A stretch of DNA of 64,000 nucleotides, taken from Planctomycetota bacterium (lineage in GTDB: Bacteria; Planctomycetota; UBA1135). Of the stretch, positions 9,648-18,642 are shown in pieces; within the stretch, counting starts at the first letter, position 1, and every line of letters starts with the position of its first letter. Both the position numbers and the translations under genes were made by a program. The stretch lies in NCBI GenBank assembly GCA_040264055.1, contig JBDQJC010000001.1, positions 11,845-75,844 on the forward strand, in the 5' to 3' direction. Under the pieces are notes generated by a model. That model was not told where the DNA came from, searched no databases, and worked only from the letters and a program-made list of their open reading frames with translations.

Positions 9648-10935
9648 CCAAGAGCCCGAAGTCTTGACGGTCGAAGTGCAAGAACCGTCGATGTGGGATC
9701 GCATCACCGAGTTCACGCAAGACTTCACCGGCGGTGACTTCCTCGCCAACTTGGTGATCCTGATCGTAGCGGCAATCTTGGCCCATGTTGTGGCGCGGCG
9801 CGTGCTCGTCGGTGCGACCCGCAAGCTCGCGAAGAAGACCGAAGTCAAGTGGGACGACCTGCTGATCAAGCACAAGGTCTTCACGCGCTTGGCTGGTTTG
9901 GCGCCGGCTCTCCTGGTTTATGGGTTAGCCGGGCTGTTCGACCCCGAGCTGGCAGCAGTAACCCAGCGACTTGCCCTGGCGTACATGATCCTGGTCGCCG
10001 GGCGAGTCGTCAGCGCTTTGCTCGATGCCATTCGTGCGGTGCTCGAGTCAGACGAAACGACCGACACGACGGCGATGCGCAGCTACTTCCAGCTCGGCAA
10101 GATCTTGCTGTGGTTGGTCGCGGGCATCTTGTTTGTCGCCCACTTGCTCGGCAAAGACCCGACCAGCTTGTTGACTGGCTTGGGCGCGGTCATGACCATT
10201 CTGCTGTTGGTCTTCAAGGATTCTATCCTTGGCTTTGTCGCCAGCATTCAATTGACGCGCGACGATCTGGTACGCAAGGGCGACTGGATTGAAGTGCCGG
10301 CCTACGGCGCCGATGGCGATGTGATGGAAGTCACGCTGCACGCAGTCAAAGTGCAGAACTGGGATAAGACCATCGTCACCGTGCCGACGCCAGCGATGGT
10401 CACCGGTGGCTTCAAGAACTGGCGCGGTATGTCGGAATCGGGCGGACGACGCATCAAGCGCTCGGTTTCGATCGATATGAACACGGTGCGCTTTCTTGAC
10501 GAGGGGATGCTCGCGCGCCTAAAGAAGGTGCAGTACATCCAGGCTTACCTCGACGAGAAAGTTGCCGAGGTGCAAAGCTGGAACCAAGAAAAGAAAGTCG
10601 ATGAAAGCAGCTTGGTGAACGGCCGGCGCTTGACCAACTTGGGTACTTTCCGGGCGTACGTGAAGGCGTACCTAGAGAACCATCCGCAAATCAGTGAGTC
10701 AATGACCTTCTTGGTGCGGCAACTGGCAAGCGGGCCCGAAGGCGTGCCGATCGAGATTTATGTCTTCTCCAAGGAGCAACGCTGGGTGCACTACGAAGGC
10801 ATCATGGGCGACATCTTCGATCACCTGTTTGCGGTCTTGCCCGAGTTCGGTTTGCGGGTCTACCAAAAGCCAAGCGGCGCTGACTTACGAGAAGTCAACG
10901 CCGCTCAGGGTGCGCTCGCGGCGCCTACTGAATGA
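9634..10935 (+). CDS. Mechanosensitive ion channel family protein (MscS/YbdG-like)
   Basis: N-terminal TM helices, then the MscS beta-domain signature GDWIEVPAYGADGDVMEVTLHAVKVQNWDKTIVTVPT. An alternative start is ATG 9691. Confidence 0.85.
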   Translation: MLLFSQEPEVLTVEVQEPSMWDRITEFTQDFTGGDFLANLVILIVAAILAHVVARRVLVGATRKLAKKTEVKWDDLLIKHKVFTRLAGLAPALLVYGLAGLFDPELAAVTQRLALAYMILVAGRVVSALLDAIRAVLESDETTDTTAMRSYFQLGKILLWLVAGILFVAHLLGKDPTSLLTGLGAVMTILLLVFKDSILGFVASIQLTRDDLVRKGDWIEVPAYGADGDVMEVTLHAVKVQNWDKTIVTVPTPAMVTGGFKNWRGMSESGGRRIKRSVSIDMNTVRFLDEGMLARLKKVQYIQAYLDEKVAEVQSWNQEKKVDESSLVNGRRLTNLGTFRAYVKAYLENHPQISESMTFLVRQLASGPEGVPIEIYVFSKEQRWVHYEGIMGDIFDHLFAVLPEFGLRVYQKPSGADLREVNAAQGALAAPTE

Positions 10936-11968
10936 CCCGCATCAAGCCGTTCGACAAGCGGCCGCTGCCGGCGTCATAGGTTTGCATCCAAATCGAAGTG
11001 CCGCTCGTGCCACTCGGGACCGGCACGCTCAAGCGTCCGCCGCCGTTGTAGGTGGCAATGGTATTCGGCAAGCGTCGAATCGGCTGACTCAAGCTGACCA
11101 CGCCAATCGCGGTATTGCTTGGGCCCGCGCCGGCGAGTGAATAGGCCGTCAAGATCGGCCGATCTGCAGTCGCGCCCGAGAAACGGAAGACCGCAGGCGT
11201 ACCAGCTTGCATGGTGTTCACGTCCACTTCGAACACTGAGTCGAAGCTGCCCGATCCAAAGTTTTGGCCGACCACCACGCACCAAACGCCGACTGCGTCA
11301 TAACCATCGACGGTTTCGCCCGCAGGCAAATCGAAAGTGAGGGTCGCGTTGTTGTAGGCGGTGCCAAACAGGTCCGGGCTGACGCGCAAACCGTTCGGGA
11401 TCGAGGCGTTCGTGTCCTCTTCGGCCAAGAAGACATAGACCTCGAAGCCACCCCCGTCGTAATCGAATTCATCGAGTCGAATGGTGTTGTGGTCAACAAT
11501 CGTGACGATGCCATCGACGCCATGCCCTTTCGTGATCAGGTCGGCTTGCCATCCCGTGCGCGGATGCTCAAACGAGCCCGAGCCGAAGTTGGCATTGGCC
11601 GCGACGCACCAAACGGAAACTGCTTTGTAGTCCTCGGTGGTTTCACCGGCCGGCAGATCCATCATCAGCGAGGCGTTAACGTAAGGCGCTCCCACCAAGT
11701 CCGGTCCAACCGAAAGGCCGTTCGTGAAGGCGGCTTGGGTGTCGGCGGTGCCCAGGTAGATGCGGACATCAATGCCCTGGCCGTCGTAGTAGAAGTTGTC
11801 GATGCGAATCGTGTCGCTGTCGACCACGGTGACGACACCGCGCACGCCATGGGCCAAGGTAGAAAGCTCAGCGTGCCAGCCGGACCGGTCGGTTTGAGCT
11901 GGCGCAGCTCCTGCGAGCGCCAAGGCGCCAAGGAGAGCGAGGGGACGGAGTTTCATCCAGGTGAACAT
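10925..11968 (-). CDS. Secreted protein with two DM13 domains and shared C-terminal module
   Basis: Signal peptide ...LALAGAAPAQ. Two internal repeats (HGVRGVVTVVDSDTIRIDNFYYDGQGIDVRIYLG and HGVDGIVTIVDHNTIRLDEFDYDGGGFEVYVFLA), each ending ...WCV..N.NFGSGSF, typical of DM13. The tail is shared with four other proteins. Confidence 0.8.
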   Translation of the reverse strand: MFTWMKLRPLALLGALALAGAAPAQTDRSGWHAELSTLAHGVRGVVTVVDSDTIRIDNFYYDGQGIDVRIYLGTADTQAAFTNGLSVGPDLVGAPYVNASLMMDLPAGETTEDYKAVSVWCVAANANFGSGSFEHPRTGWQADLITKGHGVDGIVTIVDHNTIRLDEFDYDGGGFEVYVFLAEEDTNASIPNGLRVSPDLFGTAYNNATLTFDLPAGETVDGYDAVGVWCVVVGQNFGSGSFDSVFEVDVNTMQAGTPAVFRFSGATADRPILTAYSLAGAGPSNTAIGVVSLSQPIRRLPNTIATYNGGGRLSVPVPSGTSGTSIWMQTYDAGSGRLSNGLMRVIQ

Positions 11969-12034
11969 GTCCCTTCTACTCTATGGCCTGGCGCAAATCC
12001 AGACCTCACGAGTTTCTCACGCGCTAAGTACTTC

Positions 12035-12961
12035 CTATTCAGGAAGATACAGCGGCGCGGTCGATCCGGCAGGAACCCGCGGCAGGACCATGACCTGACT
12101 TGAAGCGAGCAAACGCTCGACACTTTGCATCCAAAGGCGCTGCATGCCGACTGCGCGATGAGTCTGCATATTGGTGGCGAGCGCGCGGAAGGCGTCGGCC
12201 CAGCCTTGGGCTTCGCTGACGATCACCGTGTAATCACTTTCGGCTTGCTGCACCAGGCGGTTGGCTTCGGCGCGGGCGAAGGGGAGGGCGGTGGCGCGCG
12301 CGCCCTGCGCTTCCGAAAGCTGCTGATCTTTGTACGCCTTGGCGCTGGTGACTTCGTTGAACGCGTTCTGCACTTCCGGGGGCGGGCCAACTTCAGTCAA
12401 GTTGAAGGAGGTCAGCGTAATGCCCAAGCGGAACTCTCTGGCCTGCGCCTGCACGCGCTCCAAGACCTCGTTGCTGAGTTGCGTTTTGCCGCTCGACAGC
12501 ACTTCATCGATTCCCATCGAAGCGATGCTCTCGGTCATCGCCGCTTCGGCAAGGCGTCGCAAAACCATGTCGCGCATCAAGCCGCCGCTCGGTTCGGACA
12601 TGCCGTACAAGTACTCGACCGGGTCCGTGATCGTGTAGTACAGCGTGACCTCCATCTTTGCGATGTTGGTATCACCGGTGAGCCACTCGCGACGGGTCGG
12701 ATCGAGGTTCTCGGCGCCGAGTTGCTCGAGGTAGGTGAAGCCAACCGGCATCGTGCGGCTGACGCCGGTGGCAATCTTCTCGATGCTTTCGAAAGGCCAG
12801 GGAAGATTCAGATGAAAGCCAGGGCCCACCGTGCGCTGTACCGAACCGAAGCGATGCACCAGGCCGGTCTGATCCTGCTTGACCGTTTGGAAAGCGGTGC
12901 TCAGCCAGTACAGAACGATGGCAGCCAAGGCTGCGCGGCGAAGCCAGGAACTATTCACCAC
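12035..12961 (-). CDS. SPFH/band-7 protein, HflK-like
   Basis: N-terminal TM helix, then VKQDQTGLVHRFGSVQRTVGPGFHLNLPWPFESIEKI, the SPFH core, and an Ala/Gln-rich coiled-coil tail. Overlaps the upstream gene by 11 nt. Confidence 0.85.
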   Translation of the reverse strand: MVNSSWLRRAALAAIVLYWLSTAFQTVKQDQTGLVHRFGSVQRTVGPGFHLNLPWPFESIEKIATGVSRTMPVGFTYLEQLGAENLDPTRREWLTGDTNIAKMEVTLYYTITDPVEYLYGMSEPSGGLMRDMVLRRLAEAAMTESIASMGIDEVLSSGKTQLSNEVLERVQAQAREFRLGITLTSFNLTEVGPPPEVQNAFNEVTSAKAYKDQQLSEAQGARATALPFARAEANRLVQQAESDYTVIVSEAQGWADAFRALATNMQTHRAVGMQRLWMQSVERLLASSQVMVLPRVPAGSTAPLYLPE

Positions 12962-13847
12962 CCTCGACTTGGCTCGGAGTGGGGAAGTCGCTGAGCACCT
13001 TCAACAAAGGATGGTCGGCGGGAAGCACGATCGTGCTGTCATCACCAAAGGCCGACTCGGCGGCTTCAAGCGAGCGCAGGAAAGCGTAGAGCTCGGGATC
13101 AGCGTTGTAGGCCTCGGCGTAAATGCGCGCCGACTCGGCGCGCGCGGCACCACGAAGTTCGGTGGCTTTGCGCCGCGCCGCTGCAAGCAGCTCGGCTTCT
13201 TCGCGATCGGTCATCGCCTTGATCTCGTCGTACTCTTCCTTGCCCTGAGCGCGGAAGCCGGCCGAGATCGTTTGGCGTTCGGTCTCCATGCGGCTGAATA
13301 CCGCGCGCTTGTTCTGATCCGGGAAGTTCAAACGCTTGACCTGTGCCGAATGAATCGTCAACCCCATCGTCGCTTCGGCACGACTCGCAGCTGCCGCGCG
13401 CAAATCATCGGCGATCAGCGCCAGCCCACTCTTTTCGCCCTCGGTGCTGACAATCGACTCGAAGTCGTAGGAAGAGAGGACATCGCCGACTACCGAGCGA
13501 ACGATCTCCGACAAGCGCGCTTCGGCACCAGCGCGCGAGCCTACCGCGCGGTAGTAAAGCAGCGGGTCAGCGACCGACCAAACCAAGAAGCTGTCGACCA
13601 ATAGGTTCTTCTTGTCTTCGGTCAGGTAGGTGCCCGGCTCGGGGTCGAGCAAGTGCATGCGCATATCGATTGGGACCACCGTGTCGATCGGGCTGGGCAG
13701 TTTGAAGTGAAGCCCAGCTTGTTCGACCACGGTGACCGGTTTGCCAAAGCGCATGACCACGCCATAACTGCCTTCGGCAACCTGGAAGCTCGACAACATG
13801 GCGAGCAGGGAAGCAAGGATGACCAGAGGGATCCAGCGTCTCTTCAT
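12951..13847 (-). CDS. SPFH/band-7 protein, HflC-like
   Basis: N-terminal TM helix, then VAEGSYGVVMRFGKPVTVVEQAGLHFKLPSPIDTV and a charged coiled-coil region (EAELLAAARRKATELRGAARAESARIYAEAY). Confidence 0.85.
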   Translation of the reverse strand: MKRRWIPLVILASLLAMLSSFQVAEGSYGVVMRFGKPVTVVEQAGLHFKLPSPIDTVVPIDMRMHLLDPEPGTYLTEDKKNLLVDSFLVWSVADPLLYYRAVGSRAGAEARLSEIVRSVVGDVLSSYDFESIVSTEGEKSGLALIADDLRAAAASRAEATMGLTIHSAQVKRLNFPDQNKRAVFSRMETERQTISAGFRAQGKEEYDEIKAMTDREEAELLAAARRKATELRGAARAESARIYAEAYNADPELYAFLRSLEAAESAFGDDSTIVLPADHPLLKVLSDFPTPSQVEGGE

Positions 13848-13850
13848 AAC

Positions 13851-16067
13851 TTATTCCTCGTCGCGTCCACCTGACGCGCGTCCATCGAACAAAGGTGCGT
13901 TGCGCGATCCATTCGGCGGCAGCGGGGTCACGATGCGGCCCGGATCAGCGACGGCAATCACGCGACTCTGTTGCAGCACGCGCACCATCGATTCCAGTCG
14001 TAGGCGCAACTGATGCGCGGGTAGGTTTTCTTTCAAGGCGTCGCGCAGCGCAAGGAAGGCAGCGGCGTCGCCAGTTGCTTGTTGCAACAGGGCATTCGCT
14101 TCTGCAGCGGCTTCCTGTTCCAAGGTAGTTGCTTGGGCCCGCGCCGCGGACTCGCGCCGCACACGGTATTCCTCGGCTTGCTTGATGTAGCGTTGACGAT
14201 CCTCGAGTGCCGAGGCCACATCGCGATAGGCGTAGTGCACACTCGGGTCGGCCGAAGCATGGACCTCGTCCAAGTTGATCTGCACCACATCGATGCCCGC
14301 GCCGAGCGCGTCGAGCCCGGCTTGCATCGTCGCGCGCGCTTCGTTTTGCACGATGCTGCGGTCGCCGATCAAGAGTTCATCGGCCATGCGGGCCAAACCC
14401 GAAGCGCGCAAGGCGCTTTCGCCGTACGCCAAGACCAAGTCTTGAGGTGACTCGGTCTCGAATAGCCAGGCTTGCGCGTCGCGCACGCGGTAATGAATCG
14501 AGACCTCGAAACGCAGTAGCGTCTCATCGCGGGTCAAGACCTCGGTCGAAGCTTCCAAACTTGCGCGGCGCGCGCGCGCTTCTTGCCCCGCGCGGGCGTC
14601 GGCTTGGGCTAACTTGGTGATTGCAGCCAGGCTGAGCGATTCGCCCGGGCCTTGAATGTTGGTTGCCCGCAGTGTTGCGTTCGAAACCGTGACCAGGCGC
14701 GAGATCGGTGCTGGCGCATGCCAAACGGCGCCGGGCTCTTCGAGCGTGGCGACCACTTTGCCAAAGCGCACGACGAAGCCAGTTTCACCGGGCTTGAGCG
14801 GCGAGACCGCAGTGCCCAGGTACAGACCCAGCACGAACAGCAAGATCAGAATCTTGATCGGCTTGGCGCCCAGGTCGAGGCCGACCGGAAGGAACAACTT
14901 GCGCAGCTTGCCGCCCCAGTTGGCAACCAAACCCAAACGATGCGCGTGCCAAATCAGCAGAGCGAGCAGAATCGCGCCGGTCGCCTGCGCGAACAGGGAG
15001 GTGTGTTCCGCACTCATGGGGCCCACTGCTGTGGTGGGAGAAGTCCCGAGCATGCCGTAGAGCCAGTTCACGCCAAAACCAAGCGCGAGCGAACAGACTG
15101 CGATGCTGCCGAGATAAGCGTAAAGCACGCGGCGCCCGAGGAAGCCACGCACGACGGCGATGGTTGCGATGTTGGTGGCCGGCCCGGCGAGCAACAAGAT
15201 CAGCGCACTGCCAGGGTCGAGGCCCTTGGCGATCAATGCCGCTGCGACCGGTGTGCTGGCGGTTGCGCAAATGTAGAGCGGCACGCCAATGAAGAGCATG
15301 GCCGTCATCGACATCCAACCGTTCGGCAATACGTTGCCGAAGAAATCGTCAGGCACGATCAAAGTGATGAAGCCCGAGACGATGAAGCCGAGGATGAACC
15401 ACGGCGTCAGGTCGGCCATCAGCGTGACGAAGGCGTAGTGCCAAGCTTCCTTGGCCTTCTCCTTCCCGGTGGTCTTCTCGTCGACTTCGGGTTCGTGGCA
15501 GCACGATGCTGCGTCGTCGTCACTCTTGCTCTCGCCATCCACTTCGGCCGCGTCGTCGCTTGCGTGGGCGTGTGCATGGCCGTGATCATGCGCAGCATCC
15601 GATTCGACCAAGCGCCTCTGAAGATCTTCTTCGGGCTGATCGTCCCAGCCGCGCTTGACGATGCGGTTGACCAAAGTGCCAGAGACGAAGGCCGTCAGCA
15701 GTGCCGATAAAGGCCGGACCACGGTCATGATCGGATCCATTAAGGCATAGGTCACCCCGATCGAATCGACTCCGGTTTCCGGTGTCGAGATCAAGAAGGA
15801 GGTCGTCGCGCCCTTGCTCGCGCCGCTGCGCTTGAGCGACATCGCCGTGGGGATGACCGAGCACGAACATAGCGGAATCGGTACCCCGAACAGGGAGGCC
15901 AAGAAAACCGAACGCGTGTTGTCTTGGCCCAGGTTGCGATAGATCCAGCGTTCAGGGATCGCGACCTTGAGCGCGCCGGCAATCAAGAATCCGGCGAGCA
16001 GGTAGGGGCCCGACTCGACCAGAATGACCCAGATCGCGCCTAGCCATGCCAGTGCGAATTCGGTCAT
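13851..16067 (-). CDS. Fusion protein: PF03773-type metal permease (ArsP / SO_0444 Cu/Zn efflux family) + C-terminal HflK-like SPFH domain
   Basis: ATG 16067 overlaps the ZIP stop (ATGA). The N-terminal half has the family hallmark GVPIPLCSCSVIPTAMSLKRSGASKGATTSFLISTPETGVDSI and a His-rich loop HDHGHAHAHASDD. The C-terminal ~330 aa read GETGFVVRFGKVVATLEEPGAVWHAPAPISRLVTV ... VHYAYRDVASALEDRQRYIKQAEEY (SPFH + coiled coil). Confidence 0.8.
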   Translation of the reverse strand: MTEFALAWLGAIWVILVESGPYLLAGFLIAGALKVAIPERWIYRNLGQDNTRSVFLASLFGVPIPLCSCSVIPTAMSLKRSGASKGATTSFLISTPETGVDSIGVTYALMDPIMTVVRPLSALLTAFVSGTLVNRIVKRGWDDQPEEDLQRRLVESDAAHDHGHAHAHASDDAAEVDGESKSDDDAASCCHEPEVDEKTTGKEKAKEAWHYAFVTLMADLTPWFILGFIVSGFITLIVPDDFFGNVLPNGWMSMTAMLFIGVPLYICATASTPVAAALIAKGLDPGSALILLLAGPATNIATIAVVRGFLGRRVLYAYLGSIAVCSLALGFGVNWLYGMLGTSPTTAVGPMSAEHTSLFAQATGAILLALLIWHAHRLGLVANWGGKLRKLFLPVGLDLGAKPIKILILLFVLGLYLGTAVSPLKPGETGFVVRFGKVVATLEEPGAVWHAPAPISRLVTVSNATLRATNIQGPGESLSLAAITKLAQADARAGQEARARRASLEASTEVLTRDETLLRFEVSIHYRVRDAQAWLFETESPQDLVLAYGESALRASGLARMADELLIGDRSIVQNEARATMQAGLDALGAGIDVVQINLDEVHASADPSVHYAYRDVASALEDRQRYIKQAEEYRVRRESAARAQATTLEQEAAAEANALLQQATGDAAAFLALRDALKENLPAHQLRLRLESMVRVLQQSRVIAVADPGRIVTPLPPNGSRNAPLFDGRASGGRDEE

Positions 16068-16993
16068 ATGCCAGCGCTCCCGAACCAACCCATCATGACG
16101 ATCCCAACGACTAACAAGCCGCTGCGTAACGCAATTGCTTCGCGGCGGTGGAAGACTTCCGGCAGCAGCTCACACAGGCTGACATAGAGGAAGGTGCCGG
16201 CGGCCAGCGCTGCGGCGATGCCGATGCCGCGTTCGTCAAGCACGTCGATTAAGCTATGGCCGAGCAACATGCCGGCCGGCGTGACCAGGCTAAACGCGAT
16301 CAACATGCCGACAATGCGGCGGCGTGATTGCTTGGCGAGCAGGAAGACGGTCGCCAAAGAGAAGCCTTCAAAACTCTTGTGAGCGCAGATGGCCAAGAAG
16401 ATCGCAGCGCCAATCGCGTGGTCCATGCCCGCCGCGGCGAGCGAGACGCCAGCTGTGAAGGCGTGAATGATCAAGCCGACCAATGCGGCATAGCCAACCG
16501 CGCGGTGCCGCGACAGATCGCCTTCGCGGTGCGCGGAGTCATCGCCATGTTCATGCGGCTTATGACTATGGCCATGATTGTGGTCATGATCGTGCGCGGG
16601 AAGCAGCAGCGCTTCGATCAGATAAACCGCAAGCACTCCGACCAGCACAAAGATCCAAGGCAAGGGGTCGCCATGGCTGTGGCCAAAGTGCGTATCGGCT
16701 TCGGCGGCGTGATCGTGGCCGTCGTGATCGGCGTGTTCTTCGCCCGGCCCGTGGTCGTGTCCGGCGTGATCATCGACTTCAGCCGATCCATCCACGCCGG
16801 CAACCACTGCGGTCGGGTCATCAAGGCTGAGCTGTGCGACCGAAGGCAGCAAATGCAGGAAGACCGCGCCGAGGAAAATTCCGGTCGCCAGCGCCAATGC
16901 GGTGTGCAGGGCGCGGTCAGTCCAACGCAGGAACAGCGGCACAAGGCCGCCGCCCAAGGAGATCGCGAAGAGGGTGAGGGCTTCCAAGTTCAA
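16064..16993 (-). CDS. ZIP family metal (Zn/Fe) transporter with two His-rich loops
   Basis: 8-TM ZIP-like layout with HAFTAGVSLA and HKSFEGFSLA motifs. Loops are HAGHDHGPGEEHADHDGHDHAAEADTHFGHSHG and HDHDHNHGHSHKPHEHGDD. Confidence 0.85.
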   Translation of the reverse strand: MNLEALTLFAISLGGGLVPLFLRWTDRALHTALALATGIFLGAVFLHLLPSVAQLSLDDPTAVVAGVDGSAEVDDHAGHDHGPGEEHADHDGHDHAAEADTHFGHSHGDPLPWIFVLVGVLAVYLIEALLLPAHDHDHNHGHSHKPHEHGDDSAHREGDLSRHRAVGYAALVGLIIHAFTAGVSLAAAGMDHAIGAAIFLAICAHKSFEGFSLATVFLLAKQSRRRIVGMLIAFSLVTPAGMLLGHSLIDVLDERGIGIAAALAAGTFLYVSLCELLPEVFHRREAIALRSGLLVVGIVMMGWFGSAGI

Positions 16994-17018
16994 AGACGAG
17001 GATCGAAGCCCACGGATT

Positions 17019-18587
17019 CTACCCGTCCGAGGGCGCCTCGGTGCCCTGGCTCACCGGCTTCGCGCCGGCTGGAACCGCAGCCACCGCGTTTCCAATCAGC
17101 ACCTTCCATTCTTTGGTGTTGAGGTCCACCTTCAGGATGCGGTGATGGTTGGTGTCGGCGATGTAGAGCGTGTCGCCCTCGGTGTCGATTCCGCCCGGCT
17201 CCCACATCGTCAAGACATCGGGCCGCATGTCTTCCTCGCCGTTGCCCAGCAGAGTGGTGCATTCCTTCGTGGCCGGATCGAGCAGCTTGATCTTGTTGTT
17301 ATAGGTGTCCGCAACGAGCAGCTTGCCCTTCCAGACGGCAAGGCCAAGCGGGTGCTGGAGCAGCACTTCATCGGTGCCCTTGCCGTCCCGGTCGCCAAAG
17401 CGGAACAGGTTGGTTCCGACCAAGGTCTCGACGATATCGGAGGCCAGATCGATCGAGCGCACCGCACTGACCTCAGAATCGGCGAAGTAGAGCTTGCGGC
17501 CGAGTTGGGCAAAGCCGCTGGGCTGGGCCAGTCGGGCTAGTTCCGCCGGGCCATCGACGATGTTCTCGTATCCGCTGCCGGCAAGTGGGCTGACCCGGCC
17601 CGAGCGCGTGTTGTAGGTCCAAAGCTGGTGGCTGCCCGCCATCGCGATGTGCAGTTGCTCGCCGTCGAGTTCGAGCGCCCACGGCGAGTTCAGCGGGGTG
17701 TCGAGACCTGGCCCGGCTTCGGGGAGGGGCCGCGCCTGCACACCCAATTCGCCGGCCAAGGTCGTGAACGTACCGGTTTTCAGGTCGAGCTTGCGGAGCA
17801 GATGATTGTCGGTATCGGCGACATAGAGAGTGTCGCCAGCGAGCGCCATGCCGTGCGGGTGATGCAGGGGTGGGTCGCTGGGCTTGAACTCGCGTAGGAT
17901 CTTGCCGGTCTCGGAATTGAGTTCGAGCAAGCGGTCGTTCGCGCTATCGGCAACGTAGAGCTTCTCACCAGCGGCCAGCACTTTGGCGGGGTAGAAAAGT
18001 TCCGTTGCAGGGGCAACCTCCTTCTTGAGCTTGAGCGGTCCTTCGGCGAGCGCGCCGTTCTTCTTGCCTTCGTCGAGTGCCTGACGAATCGCAAGGCGCA
18101 GGGTTTCGAGGTGCCCTTCGCCCGAGGCCATGCCAATAATGTTGCCGTCCGAGCCAATCAAAGCCAGCGTCGGCCAAGCCCGCACGGTGTATGCCTGCCA
18201 GATCTTGTGATCGGCATCGACCACGACCGGGTGCTGAATCTTGTAGCGCAACACCGCCTGGCGGATGTTTTTCATCTCGCCTTCCTGCGGGAACTTGTTG
18301 CTGTGCACGCCGATCACCAGGAAAGGCTGGTCGGCAAACTCGGCCTCCAGCTTCTCCAGGTCGGGGATGATGTGAATGCAGTTGATACAGCAATAAGTCC
18401 AGAAGTCGAGCAGCACGACCTGGCCCTTCAGATCCTCTTTGAATGAGGTCAGCGGCCGGTCAGTATTCAGCCATTCGGTTCCGGTCAGATCGGGGGCGCG
18501 CATATCGGGCTGCTGTGCCGGCAGGCAGGCCGGCGCGAGGGCAAGGAGGAGGGCGGGAAGCAAGGGTTTGGCGAATCGGGCGAGCAT
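17019..18587 (-). CDS. Secreted thioredoxin-like (redoxin) domain fused to NHL-repeat beta-propeller (NHLRC2-like)
   Basis: Signal peptide. Redoxin segment VVLLDFWTYCCINCIHIIPDLEKLE (CxxC). Repeated NHL motifs follow (LYVADSANDRLLEL, LYVADTDNHLLRKL, LLVADTYNNKIKLL, LYIADTNHHRILKV). It ends 25 nt upstream of the ZIP start. Confidence 0.85.
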   Translation of the reverse strand: MLARFAKPLLPALLLALAPACLPAQQPDMRAPDLTGTEWLNTDRPLTSFKEDLKGQVVLLDFWTYCCINCIHIIPDLEKLEAEFADQPFLVIGVHSNKFPQEGEMKNIRQAVLRYKIQHPVVVDADHKIWQAYTVRAWPTLALIGSDGNIIGMASGEGHLETLRLAIRQALDEGKKNGALAEGPLKLKKEVAPATELFYPAKVLAAGEKLYVADSANDRLLELNSETGKILREFKPSDPPLHHPHGMALAGDTLYVADTDNHLLRKLDLKTGTFTTLAGELGVQARPLPEAGPGLDTPLNSPWALELDGEQLHIAMAGSHQLWTYNTRSGRVSPLAGSGYENIVDGPAELARLAQPSGFAQLGRKLYFADSEVSAVRSIDLASDIVETLVGTNLFRFGDRDGKGTDEVLLQHPLGLAVWKGKLLVADTYNNKIKLLDPATKECTTLLGNGEEDMRPDVLTMWEPGGIDTEGDTLYIADTNHHRILKVDLNTKEWKVLIGNAVAAVPAGAKPVSQGTEAPSDG

Positions 18588-18642
18588 GCCATCCTATTCG
18601 TAGGACATCCGCCCTTGGCTGTTCACCTTTTGATCACAAGTC

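Noticed and set aside
12035-13847. Calling these genes canonical hflK/hflC (FtsH modulators).
   Set aside because: The order is inverted (HflC-like before HflK-like) and a third SPFH domain is fused to a permease upstream. No ftsH or hflX is nearby. I kept the family-level call only and left the gene symbols empty.
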